Source of the DNA: Oscillospiraceae bacterium
GTDB taxonomy: Bacteria; Bacillota; Clostridia; Oscillospirales; Ruminococcaceae
Assembly (NCBI GenBank): GCA_051882535.1
Contig: JBJESA010000129.1
Coordinates: forward strand, 1 to 39,171
Direction: 5' to 3'
Length of the DNA stretch: 39,171 nucleotides
The stretch's first letter is position 1, and every line of letters begins with the position of its first letter. A model generated the notes under the pieces. That model was not told the DNA's origin, did no database searches, and saw only the letters and a program-made list of their open reading frames with translations. A program made the position numbers and the translations under genes. This document shows positions 26,409 to 35,712 of this stretch, in pieces.

Positions 26409-26437
26409 ATTATACCACTTTATCTGAGATTAGTCAA
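26409..26437 (-). promoter_or_regulatory. Sigma-A promoter of hybrid kinase
   Basis: TTGACT-N17-TATAAT with extended TG. Confidence 0.72.
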
Positions 26438-26549
26438 GAGAAAATGCACATTTATTACCGAAAAATATGATATGTGGCTTAGGAATAGGCTTTTTGGGGG
26501 TGAGAAATTCGAATTTGTAGGTTTTCAATAAAAATTAAGAAATAGGTAC

Positions 26550-26578
26550 TTGAAAAATCTTACAAATTGTAGTATAAT
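26550..26578 (+). promoter_or_regulatory. Sigma-A promoter of SWIM/MoxR operon
   Basis: TTGAAA-N17-TATAAT; spacer holds palindrome TACAAATTGTA (26561-26571). Confidence 0.72.
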
Positions 26579-26612
26579 AAATTCATAAATCTTTTTTGAA
26601 AGGAATTTCGCT

Positions 26613-28046
26613 ATGAACTGCAAGGATATCATCAATGAAGAATATGTACGCTCTCAAGCCCCGAATCCCGCCGCATTCTCGAATGCCCAGAAAATTTCCC
26701 GCAGCGGGGATTTTTCAGGGCTTTCCATCACCGCGGACAATACTCTGATTTTCGGTGATTGTAAGGGCAGCGGAAAAAATCCGTACCGCACCTCTGCCGA
26801 TTTTTCGGGGGATACTCCTGTGTTCCGCTGCACTTGCCCCAGTCGGCAGTTCCCGTGTAAGCACAGCCTTGCACTTATGCTTGAAATGGTGAACGGCAAG
26901 GAGTTCGCGGTGGGCGAAGTTCCCGAGGACGTTGCCTCCAAGCGAGAGAAAATCGCCAAGAAAGCCGAAAAAGCAGCCTCGGGCGAACCAAAATCTCCCC
27001 CGAAGCAGAACAAATCCGCCGCCGCAAAAAAGCTCAAAAAGCAGGCAGAGGGTCTTGACCTTGCGGAGCAGTTTTTGAACGATATTTTTAGCCGCGGAGT
27101 GTCCTCCATCAACAAGACCTCCGCGGAGCAGTACAAAACTCTTGCAAAGCAGCTCGGCGAATTTTACCTTCCCGAGCCGCAGACAATAGTTGAGGAAATC
27201 GTGACCGAGGCAGAGATTCTCTCCGAACAGCCTGACGATTCGGAGTGTATGCGTCTTGTGGGGCTGTGTGTGAAGCTCTCCTCCACCGTGAAAAAGAGCC
27301 GCGTTTACATAAACGAGAAACTGGAGAGCGGCGAAGTTCTCCCCGAGGACAGCGTACTGTACGAAGCGATGGGCGGTATATGGAAACTAAATCAGCTGAA
27401 AGAAATCGGGCTATTTAAGGAAAACGCACGTATAATGCAGCTTTCGTTTACTACGATTAACGATCTGGTGCACCAAGCCTATGTTGACACGGGATATTGG
27501 ATTGACCTTGACAGCGGCGAGATTTCCAAAACCGAGAATATCCGTCCGTTGAAACTGTTAAAGCGGCTGCAAGCGGACGACAGCAAGTTCGGGGTGTACT
27601 CCGTGCCCGAGTTGTACCGTTATCCCGGCGGGCTGAACCGCCGAATCCGCTGGGAGAACGCCACCAATACAGAAGCCACATCAAAGGACTATGAAAAGGT
27701 GATTTCCCTTGCAGAGCCGAGCATTGCCGACGCAGTGAAGAAAGCGAAGAACGAGCTGAAAAACACCCTCTCCGATGAAACGGTGGCTGTGCTTGTGCCG
27801 TTCGATTATATTGGATTTGCGGAGGACGGACACGCAGTTCTGAAAAACGGCGATGAGAGCATTTCACTTCGTGCGAATGAGAATTATCACTATGATTATT
27901 TCTATGCGATTGATGTGCTTCGCCTTACGAAAATCGGCGATAAGGGTGCGGTGCTGGGTGAGATGTTCTACTCGGCTGAAGAGCGAAGAATTTACCTCTG
28001 CCCGCTTTCTATTGTAACGGCTGACGGCGTGGCAAGACTTGTTTAA
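26613..28046 (+). CDS. SWIM zinc finger protein
   Basis: CKGSGKNPY and CTCPSRQFPCKH (CxC-x5-CxH) SWIM motif; Lys-rich linker and helical C-terminal part. Confidence 0.88.
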   Translation: MNCKDIINEEYVRSQAPNPAAFSNAQKISRSGDFSGLSITADNTLIFGDCKGSGKNPYRTSADFSGDTPVFRCTCPSRQFPCKHSLALMLEMVNGKEFAVGEVPEDVASKREKIAKKAEKAASGEPKSPPKQNKSAAAKKLKKQAEGLDLAEQFLNDIFSRGVSSINKTSAEQYKTLAKQLGEFYLPEPQTIVEEIVTEAEILSEQPDDSECMRLVGLCVKLSSTVKKSRVYINEKLESGEVLPEDSVLYEAMGGIWKLNQLKEIGLFKENARIMQLSFTTINDLVHQAYVDTGYWIDLDSGEISKTENIRPLKLLKRLQADDSKFGVYSVPELYRYPGGLNRRIRWENATNTEATSKDYEKVISLAEPSIADAVKKAKNELKNTLSDETVAVLVPFDYIGFAEDGHAVLKNGDESISLRANENYHYDYFYAIDVLRLTKIGDKGAVLGEMFYSAEERRIYLCPLSIVTADGVARLV

Positions 28047-28058
28047 GGGGGAAACGAC

Positions 28059-29978
28059 ATGGATATATCAAAATTCTACGAGCTGAGAACAAGGCTTTAC
28101 AATACCGCCGCAGCAGGGTGTATGACGGTTTCTGAGGATTTCCGTCTGAAACGTGCGGTCGAGGAATTCAAACCGCTTGCCGAAGCAAACAAGGCTTTCG
28201 CGAAATTGTACTCGCTGTGCGAATCGCTTCTTACTTCCGATAAGCCAGAAAGCGTAATTGCGGACTGTATCGCCCTTGCCGAGGCACTTGCGGTAACTCA
28301 GGGCGTATTTGCCGACAACGCGAAAACTACTCCCGCGAACGGCGAATTCGCCGCTACAGAAAAGCCCGCCTCATCGCTTGAAACGATAAAAGCCCTTATC
28401 TGCAAAGGCGATTCTGATTTGTGGAAACTCTCCGAGGAATACAAGGATACGCTTCGCGACCCGCGAATTGTAAGAGCGTTTGTATACGAACTGGAAAACG
28501 GAAAATACAGCGAAAACTTCCAAATCTTCTGCGAGATTATGTGCGAACTGTGCGGAAAATCACTTGTCCCCGAGATGAAAACCACCATCAGGTACACGGG
28601 CAGAGTGCTTAAATACATCGCAAGGCTTTCGGGTGATGAGGAAAACGAGTTGTTCCGCACTCTTGCGACAGACGAAAGCCGCCCGGAAAAAGTGCGTATT
28701 GAAGCGGTTTCCGCACTGTCCTGTTCTCCCGAAAACGGCACGCTTCTCGCCGAAATCTACAACACGAGCAAGGGCAAAATCAAGGACGCGGCACTTATGA
28801 CTTTGGCAGAGATGGACGCTCCCGAAGCCGAGCCGATTTTTGAAAAGCTGCTTCAAAAGTACAAGGAAAGATATGCGGGAGCGGTTGCCGCTTATTCGAG
28901 CAAGGCTTGCAGCGAATTTGTGAGAAAGCACCTGCTCGGTCTGCTAGATACCGCAGATAAAGCCGACAACGATAAGGCACGGACGGAAGCGGGAATAGAG
29001 TTAGTGACCTCTGCGACAACGCTTCTCCAAAACAAACCCGAGCTTGACGATGTGTTTTTAAAGCTTTCTTTCACCCCCGAATTTTCATGTAACGTCAATC
29101 CCAAAAACAGCTGCATTGCCGCTCTTATGAGCGGAATGACGGGTAAAAACGCAGCCGCCGTCCGTGAACAGATTAACCGTTTGTATGAGAAAGCGCCCGA
29201 TGTTTTCTGCCGCCCGAAGGCTTTCGCGGATTTTCTTGAGCACCCCGAAAAAGAGCCTGTTATACCGAACAGTAAGTTTGAACACACCGTTTTAATAGGT
29301 TCGATTACATACGTTCCAATGCTCGGCAGTTACTTTTTCGCTCACGACCAGTATTTTAACAGCAGGATAATTCCGCTTAATCCGCTATTTAAAAGGATTC
29401 CCGAGTGGATGCTGAATTATATTCGCACAAGGGGCGAATTGACGGAAAAGCTGTTCCGTGACATAGACGCACCGAAACGAGCGGATATGGTGAAAAAAGC
29501 CGAGAAGCTCGGTTTCAAGGGCGATGAGAAAAAGGACGCACTTAAAGCGGCTTATGAAAACGTGTGCGGGGTTAACGATATTATTTCAAGCGTTATCAGG
29601 AGACATCTTCTCGAAAATTGTTCGCAGGAGGATTACGAGCGAATCAGAGCGGCGGGAACATACTTTGCGAAAAAGTGTATGAACACGTTCGGTGGGTACG
29701 GTGTAATTGTGCTGATAGAGCAAATGAACCATGAGATGTCTGACGAAGAATATGCAGAAAAGCTGAACACCTTTACCATAAATTCTTTGAAATTAAATAA
29801 CGCCGCCGAAAGACAGCTTCTGTTCTTGTATGAAAAACACTTGCCGCCCGATGAAGTTGTCAGTGCGATGGAAAATCTGCTTGCACGCGTTGAAAAGCTG
29901 CGAGGCAATGTTGACAGCAAGGCAATAGACGACCAGACCTATCTGATAAACACAAGAATTAAAATGTATAAAAAATAA
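28059..29978 (+). CDS. Alpha-helical HEAT-repeat-like protein
   Basis: DFRLKRA and DPRI motifs, HEAT-like units VRIEAVSALS and IKDAALMTLA; position in operon. Confidence 0.65.
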   Translation: MDISKFYELRTRLYNTAAAGCMTVSEDFRLKRAVEEFKPLAEANKAFAKLYSLCESLLTSDKPESVIADCIALAEALAVTQGVFADNAKTTPANGEFAATEKPASSLETIKALICKGDSDLWKLSEEYKDTLRDPRIVRAFVYELENGKYSENFQIFCEIMCELCGKSLVPEMKTTIRYTGRVLKYIARLSGDEENELFRTLATDESRPEKVRIEAVSALSCSPENGTLLAEIYNTSKGKIKDAALMTLAEMDAPEAEPIFEKLLQKYKERYAGAVAAYSSKACSEFVRKHLLGLLDTADKADNDKARTEAGIELVTSATTLLQNKPELDDVFLKLSFTPEFSCNVNPKNSCIAALMSGMTGKNAAAVREQINRLYEKAPDVFCRPKAFADFLEHPEKEPVIPNSKFEHTVLIGSITYVPMLGSYFFAHDQYFNSRIIPLNPLFKRIPEWMLNYIRTRGELTEKLFRDIDAPKRADMVKKAEKLGFKGDEKKDALKAAYENVCGVNDIISSVIRRHLLENCSQEDYERIRAAGTYFAKKCMNTFGGYGVIVLIEQMNHEMSDEEYAEKLNTFTINSLKLNNAAERQLLFLYEKHLPPDEVVSAMENLLARVEKLRGNVDSKAIDDQTYLINTRIKMYKK

Positions 29979-29990
29979 GAGGTAACGAAA

Positions 29991-31073
29991 ATGTCCGAAA
30001 TATTAAGACTTCCCGCCGAGGAACTTTACAAAGCCGAGCTTGACGCTCTTATCGCAAACGAGAAAAACCCCGTCCCCGTTGGTTGGAAAATGTCCCCGAA
30101 GTCCGTACTCACCTACATCTGCGGCGGCAAGGCGGGAAAAACCGAGATTACTCCGAAATATATGGGCGACAAGCGTGTTGTCGAAATCTGTATCGCAACG
30201 CTGCTCACCGACCGTGCGTTGCTTCTGATTGGCGAGCCGGGAACGGCGAAATCGTGGCTTTCCGAACATCTTTGTGCCGCAATCAACGGCAAGTCCTCGC
30301 AGGTTATTCAAGGTACGGCGGGAACTACCGAGGAGCAGATTCGCTATTCGTGGAATTACGCAATGCTCTTGGCACAAGGTCCCTCGTTTAATTCGCTGGT
30401 GAAATCCCCCGTTTACACCGCTATGGAAACAGGCACTATCTGCCGATTTGAGGAGATTTCCCGCTGTGCAAGCGAGGTACAGGACGCGTTGATTTCGATA
30501 CTCTCTGAAAAACGCATTTCTATCCCCGAGCTTTCCGAGGAAGTCCCCGCTCAGAAAGGCTTTTCGATAATCGCCACCGCCAACACCCGCGACAAGGGCG
30601 TAAACGAGATGTCCTCCGCACTCAAACGCCGCTTTAATATCGTGGTGCTGCCCACTCCCGCGAATATCGAAACTGAAATCGACATCGTGACAACTCGTGT
30701 AAAGCAGCTTTCGAGCGGCTTCGGACTGGGTGCTGAAATCCCCGACAGAGCGATTGTCGAGCGTGTTGTCACCATCTTCCGCGAACTCCGTGCGGGACAG
30801 ACCTTGGACGGTCAGCAGAAGCTGAAGCCCACCTCGGGCGTGCTTTCCTCAGCGGAGGAAATTTCGCTGTTGGTGAATTCGATGGCACTTGCGGGAAGTT
30901 TTGGCAGCGGAAAAGTGACCGACGCGGAACTCGCCTCGGCACTTCAGGGTGCAATCGTCAAGGACGAGGCAAAGGACAAGGCGGCTTGGACGGAATATCT
31001 CGAAAACGTTATGAGAAAACGCGGCAAGGAGTATTCCAAACTGTACGCAGAGTGTAAGGAGCTGGGCGGCTGA
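29991..31073 (+). CDS. MoxR-family AAA+ ATPase, YehL-like
   Basis: LRLPAEELY..EL, Walker A GEPGTAKSWLSEHL, YSWNYA, RFEEISRC, ATANTRDKGVNEMSSALKRRFN. Confidence 0.92.
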   Translation: MSEILRLPAEELYKAELDALIANEKNPVPVGWKMSPKSVLTYICGGKAGKTEITPKYMGDKRVVEICIATLLTDRALLLIGEPGTAKSWLSEHLCAAINGKSSQVIQGTAGTTEEQIRYSWNYAMLLAQGPSFNSLVKSPVYTAMETGTICRFEEISRCASEVQDALISILSEKRISIPELSEEVPAQKGFSIIATANTRDKGVNEMSSALKRRFNIVVLPTPANIETEIDIVTTRVKQLSSGFGLGAEIPDRAIVERVVTIFRELRAGQTLDGQQKLKPTSGVLSSAEEISLLVNSMALAGSFGSGKVTDAELASALQGAIVKDEAKDKAAWTEYLENVMRKRGKEYSKLYAECKELGG

Positions 31074-33313
31074 TGGCTCATTATTTTGGTGTAAGGCACT
31101 TTTCTCCCGCGTGTGCTTTTTATGTACGGGAATTTCTTGACCGCATAAAACCGCGATTGGTGTTAATTGAGGGACCTGAGGATTTGTCGGGGCTTATCGA
31201 GCAGCTTTGTGCGGAAGAAGCGGTGCTGCCCGCGGCGATTCTCGCATATACCGAGCAGCCGCCGATACGGACGGTGTTGTATCCGTTCGCGGAGTTCTCG
31301 CCCGAGTATCAGGCGATTCTATGGGCGCGGGAAAACGGTGCGGAGGTGCGTTTCTGCGACCTGCCCTCCGGCTGTGTACTGGAGTATTACTCCCACAAGG
31401 ACGAAGCCGAAAACGAACCCGACCCGCAGGAGCGAGAGAGCGTTTATCAGCGTATTGAGCAGATGACAGGCTTGGATAACGACACCTTTTGGGAGTATAA
31501 TTTCGAGCAAGCGGGAAGCCTTGACGAGCTTTTGGACGCAGTTCGCGAGTACGGCAGAGGACTGCGTGAATTCTCACCCGAGGACGAGCACAACATACTC
31601 CGCGAAGCGTATATGCGGCGTGTTATCCACGAAGCGGAGCAGAAAATCCCCACTGACGAAATCGCCGTGGTGACAGGTGCGTTCCACAGCGGAGGTCTGG
31701 ACGGAGTTGAATATTCGCCCGAGGACGAAAAAATCACCGAGAACATTCCCTCAGTAAACTCACTCTCCACGCTTATGCCGTATTCCTACTACCGCCTTTC
31801 AAGCCGTTCGGGATACGGTGCAGGAAGTAAAGCCCCCGGCTTTTACGAAATATTGTGGAACAACCGTCTTGCCGGCAAGCAGCAGTCCGCCGCGGAATAC
31901 CTCTCGCGTATTGCAGAGGGGCAGCGTTTGCGTGGATTTTCCGCTTCGTCTGCCGAGGTAATCGAGGCACTGCGGCTTGCGAACACCCTCGCCGAAATGC
32001 GTGGCGGCAGACAGCCGAGCCTTTCCGATTTGCGGGACGCTGCGGTCACTTGTATGGGACACGGCACGTTCGGCGAGATAAGCGTTTCATGTGCAGACGT
32101 TGAGATTGGCACGAAAATCGGCTCTCTGCCCGAGGGCAGCGTTTCCACCTCGGTTCAGCAGGATTTTATGCGACAGCTCGGCGAGCTGAATCTTGAGCGT
32201 TTCCGCACGGCAGCAGCCGAGGAATTGAAGCTTGATTTACGCGAAAATCTCCGCGTAAAGAGCGAGAAATCTGCGTTCCTCGACCTTAATCGTTCGTTCT
32301 TCCTACATCGGCTGCGTGTCCTCGATATCGGATTCGGCACGCTTCGGAGCAATTCAAGCGACAACGAACACACGGAAATCTGGGAACTTCGCTGGTCGCC
32401 CGAGTGCGAAATACGCTTGGTAGAATCCTCGCTTCTGGGCGGCGACACCATCGAGCAGGCGTGTGCGATGAAGCTCACCGAGAGCCTGTATGCGGCACAG
32501 AGCTTGCCCGAAGCGGCAAAAATCCTTGCGGACGCATTTTTGTGCGGAATAATCGGTGCGGTGAAAACCGCCGTTCTCGCTGTTCAGCGGCTTGCCGCAG
32601 ACTGCGTTTCTGCTGCCGACTGCGGCGGTACTATCGGAACACTGTCGGCAACCGTGCGTTTTGGCAGTATCCGCCGATTGGATACCGAACCGCTTACGGA
32701 GCTTATGAAGCAGCTTTATCTGAGGTTTTGTCTGTCGCTTCCGCTGGAGTGGACTTGTGACGAGAATGCCGCTCACGAGCTGATGAAAGCGATTTCCCGC
32801 GTCAATGACGCCGTGATGTCGCACGATTTCCTTGACGAGGAACGGTTTTTGTCGCTGCTTCTGGAACTTTCCGACAGCGATATGGCAAGCCCGCTTCTTT
32901 CGGGATTTGGCTGTGCGGTGCTTACCGACCGCGGCAAAATTTCTTCCGAAAAACTCTCGGAGCTTATCAGCAGACGGCTTTCAAAGGGTACTCCACCCGC
33001 GGAGGGTGCGTTGTGGTTTGAGGGACTGGCACAGAAAAACCGCCGTGCCCTTATCGCCCGATTGAGTATCTGGGAGAAGCTGTGCGAGTTTATCGCGGAA
33101 CTTTCCGATGAGGAATTCAAGCCCACACTGGTGTGTCTGCGGAGAACGTTTGCGGAGTTCTCGCCGAGTGAGAAAGCGGATATCGCTGAAAATATCGGCG
33201 AAGCACTCGGAATATCCGTTCAGGCGGCAGCAGAGATGATTTCCGCACCCATCACCGCCGAGGAACAGCAGACCATAGACGAACTTGACGATTTTGATTT
33301 TGGAGATATCTGA
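31073..33313 (+). CDS. YehM/DUF5682-like protein
   Basis: FGVRHFSP, LIEGP, PFAEFSPEYQA, REAYMR, VTGAFH, LMPYSY.RL....GYGAG; directly after the YehL-like ATPase. Confidence 0.85.
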   Translation: MAHYFGVRHFSPACAFYVREFLDRIKPRLVLIEGPEDLSGLIEQLCAEEAVLPAAILAYTEQPPIRTVLYPFAEFSPEYQAILWARENGAEVRFCDLPSGCVLEYYSHKDEAENEPDPQERESVYQRIEQMTGLDNDTFWEYNFEQAGSLDELLDAVREYGRGLREFSPEDEHNILREAYMRRVIHEAEQKIPTDEIAVVTGAFHSGGLDGVEYSPEDEKITENIPSVNSLSTLMPYSYYRLSSRSGYGAGSKAPGFYEILWNNRLAGKQQSAAEYLSRIAEGQRLRGFSASSAEVIEALRLANTLAEMRGGRQPSLSDLRDAAVTCMGHGTFGEISVSCADVEIGTKIGSLPEGSVSTSVQQDFMRQLGELNLERFRTAAAEELKLDLRENLRVKSEKSAFLDLNRSFFLHRLRVLDIGFGTLRSNSSDNEHTEIWELRWSPECEIRLVESSLLGGDTIEQACAMKLTESLYAAQSLPEAAKILADAFLCGIIGAVKTAVLAVQRLAADCVSAADCGGTIGTLSATVRFGSIRRLDTEPLTELMKQLYLRFCLSLPLEWTCDENAAHELMKAISRVNDAVMSHDFLDEERFLSLLLELSDSDMASPLLSGFGCAVLTDRGKISSEKLSELISRRLSKGTPPAEGALWFEGLAQKNRRALIARLSIWEKLCEFIAELSDEEFKPTLVCLRRTFAEFSPSEKADIAENIGEALGISVQAAAEMISAPITAEEQQTIDELDDFDFGDI

Positions 33314-33314
33314 T

Positions 33315-34265
33315 ATGCTTAAACTTGGAGAATTTGATTTTTCACTGGACGATAATTCGCCCGAAAACCGCCTTTACTTCTGCACTGACGAAAAGGGCAA
33401 CAAGGCTTGGAATCTCGAATTGCATTACAATAACGGAGAATACGCCGGTGAAGCCGTTTCTCCGAGCATAATACTGAACTATATTAAGACGAAAAAGCAG
33501 ACTTTCACGGATTTGAAAAAGGAGAGCTTCAAGGTTGATTCGATGGAAGACTGCGAAGAACGCGAGGACGAATTTTACATCTTCGAGCATGAACCGATGA
33601 TGAAATATACCGTCAAAATAAAGGACGTAAATGACGGAAAAGCCATTGTTTCCTGTACAGGAACTGCCGTTGAGGACGGATATGCCGAGAAGCCTAAGAA
33701 GGTGAAATTTTCCCTTGAGGAATGGGTGACTGTCGCCGAAATGACGGTTAATGAGGACTTTTCCGATAAAGAGGAAGAAGCTCCCGCCACCGCAGACGGA
33801 GAGATTGTGGGCTTTATTCCCAACGGCGGTGCAACGTCCGAGGACCTCGAAACAGCAGAGCAGCTTGCAGGCTTTACATTCCCCGAGGACTTGCGGAAAT
33901 TCCTGCTGGAGCAGAACGGTGCTAACCCAGAAACTTTGGAAAACCACATCATTCTCCCCGCCGTAAAGGAAAAGCTTGGCGTCCGCTTTCTCTACGGATT
34001 AACGCAGATAAGCGGCACAGATGCGAGCCACTTTATTCCTAAAGAACTGAAAGACCGCAGGCTTTTTATCCCCGAACAGATGGTACCCATTGCGAAAGAA
34101 TACCGTGGACTGTGCTGGATATGCTATTCAAACATGGAGAAGTACAAAGGCGTGTACGCGGTGGACAGAATGCTGAAACTCAAGGAGTCAAAACGCGACA
34201 GCTGCATTTACAAAATCGCCGACACCTTCACCGAATTTCTGACGAAGATTGTTGCCGATAAATAA
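33315..34265 (+). CDS. Two-domain protein with C-terminal SMI1/KNR4 (SUKH) domain
   Basis: ATSEDLETAEQLAGFTFPEDLRKFLLEQNG..MVPIA..IADTFTEFL is the SUKH signature; N-terminal ~140 aa unrecognised; ATG 33315 after GGAG. Confidence 0.8.
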   Translation: MLKLGEFDFSLDDNSPENRLYFCTDEKGNKAWNLELHYNNGEYAGEAVSPSIILNYIKTKKQTFTDLKKESFKVDSMEDCEEREDEFYIFEHEPMMKYTVKIKDVNDGKAIVSCTGTAVEDGYAEKPKKVKFSLEEWVTVAEMTVNEDFSDKEEEAPATADGEIVGFIPNGGATSEDLETAEQLAGFTFPEDLRKFLLEQNGANPETLENHIILPAVKEKLGVRFLYGLTQISGTDASHFIPKELKDRRLFIPEQMVPIAKEYRGLCWICYSNMEKYKGVYAVDRMLKLKESKRDSCIYKIADTFTEFLTKIVADK

Positions 34266-34283
34266 CGGGGTTGAAATGTAAAA

Positions 34284-35435
34284 ATGGAAAATACACAGAT
34301 TTTAAAACGCTGGCGGCTGATTCTGGGTGCGGAATCTCAGGAGCGTATGAACAGTATGGGCTGCGGCGGTTTGTCCGAGGAAGAATTGCTGATGGACAGT
34401 GCATTGTCGCAGATTTACGGCTCCGGTTCGGAGCAGAGCGGCGGTGGAAAGAGCGGCGGAAAGGGAAAATCCTCGCCCAATCTCAGCCGTTGGCTGGGCG
34501 ATTTGCGTTCGCTGTTCTCGCCGATGGAAGTGCGGGTTATCCAGAATGACGCGATAAATCGCTGCGGTTTAAAGCAGCTGCTTTTCGAGCCGGAAATGCT
34601 TGACACGCTGGAGCCGGACATCTCCACCGCGTCCCTTCTTCTCACGCTGAAAGACCAGATACCTACCAAGGCAAAGGATAACGCTCGTGCCTATATTGCG
34701 AAGATTGTTGAGGACATCAACCGCCGCCTTGCAGACGATGTGAAGCGGTCTGTTACCGCCGCACTCAATCGCCGCGAACACTCGCCGATTCCCTCCGCGG
34801 CGGCTCTCGACTACAAGATGACTATTCGCCGAAATCTTCGCTGCTACGATTCCGAGCGAAAAATGCTTCTCCCCGAGAAATTCTACTTTTTTGAGAGGGC
34901 TTCACATTCGGGTTCCCGCACGGTGATTCTCGACATCGACCAGAGCGGCTCAATGGGCGAGAGCGTGATTTACTCGTCGATTATCGGCTGCATTCTGGCG
35001 AGCATGAGTTCGCTGAAAACGCATATTGTGGCGTTTGATACCCAAGTCACCGACCTCACCGAAAAGTGTGCCGACCCTGTTGATTTGCTCTACGGAATTC
35101 AGCTCGGCGGCGGCACGGATATTGAGAAATCCATCGCGTATTGTCAGGGACTTGTGTCGCAGCCCGACAAGACCACGCTGTTTTTGGTTACCGACCTTTA
35201 CGAGGGCGGTAATCGTGCGGGACTGGTTCGCCGCCTTGAGGAACTCAAGGAGAGTGGCGTGAACGTTGTCGTTCTTCTCGCAATCTCCGACAGCGGAAGT
35301 CCGTGTTACGACAGCACGCTTGCACGCAAAGTCGCGGATTTGGATATTCCGTGTTTTGCCTGTCCTCCAGAAAAACTCCCCGAACTGCTGGAGCTTGCCC
35401 TCAAACGCAGAAGCCTTGCGGGGTATATGAAGTAA
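34284..35435 (+). CDS. vWA domain protein, CoxE/YehP-like
   Basis: RWRLILG, RWLGDLRSLF, MIDAS DQSGSM, AFDT, LGGGTDI, VTDLYEGG, PCFACPP. Confidence 0.9.
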   Translation: MENTQILKRWRLILGAESQERMNSMGCGGLSEEELLMDSALSQIYGSGSEQSGGGKSGGKGKSSPNLSRWLGDLRSLFSPMEVRVIQNDAINRCGLKQLLFEPEMLDTLEPDISTASLLLTLKDQIPTKAKDNARAYIAKIVEDINRRLADDVKRSVTAALNRREHSPIPSAAALDYKMTIRRNLRCYDSERKMLLPEKFYFFERASHSGSRTVILDIDQSGSMGESVIYSSIIGCILASMSSLKTHIVAFDTQVTDLTEKCADPVDLLYGIQLGGGTDIEKSIAYCQGLVSQPDKTTLFLVTDLYEGGNRAGLVRRLEELKESGVNVVVLLAISDSGSPCYDSTLARKVADLDIPCFACPPEKLPELLELALKRRSLAGYMK

Positions 35436-35508
35436 TATTCAAAAAAAGCATGGGTGGGGAGAGGCGATATACGAGATTTCCCCCTCCCCAGAATTTGAGG
35501 TTAAGCTT

Positions 35509-35676
35509 CAGCTTGTCGAAATAGTCTTTTTTCTGCGAGAGGCACCCCCACCCCCTACCCCCTCCCCCGAAGGGGGAGGGGGTCTGATTTAGAGAATACG
35601 TGGAGGTGCTAACGCACCCCCACACCCCCGTTCTGGGGGCAAGCCCCCAGCCCCCCAAGGTTTTTTTGACAGACTG
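35509..35676 (-). mobile_element. 168 bp MITE-like element, copy 2 (inverted)
   Basis: Reverse complement aligns end to end with 6025-6191; ends CAGCTTGTCGAAATA / TTTTTTGACAGACTG; palindromic flanks, between convergent genes. Confidence 0.86.
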
Positions 35677-35712
35677 AAGCGTTACCTATTACCTCAAGGT
35701 AACGCTCTTAAT

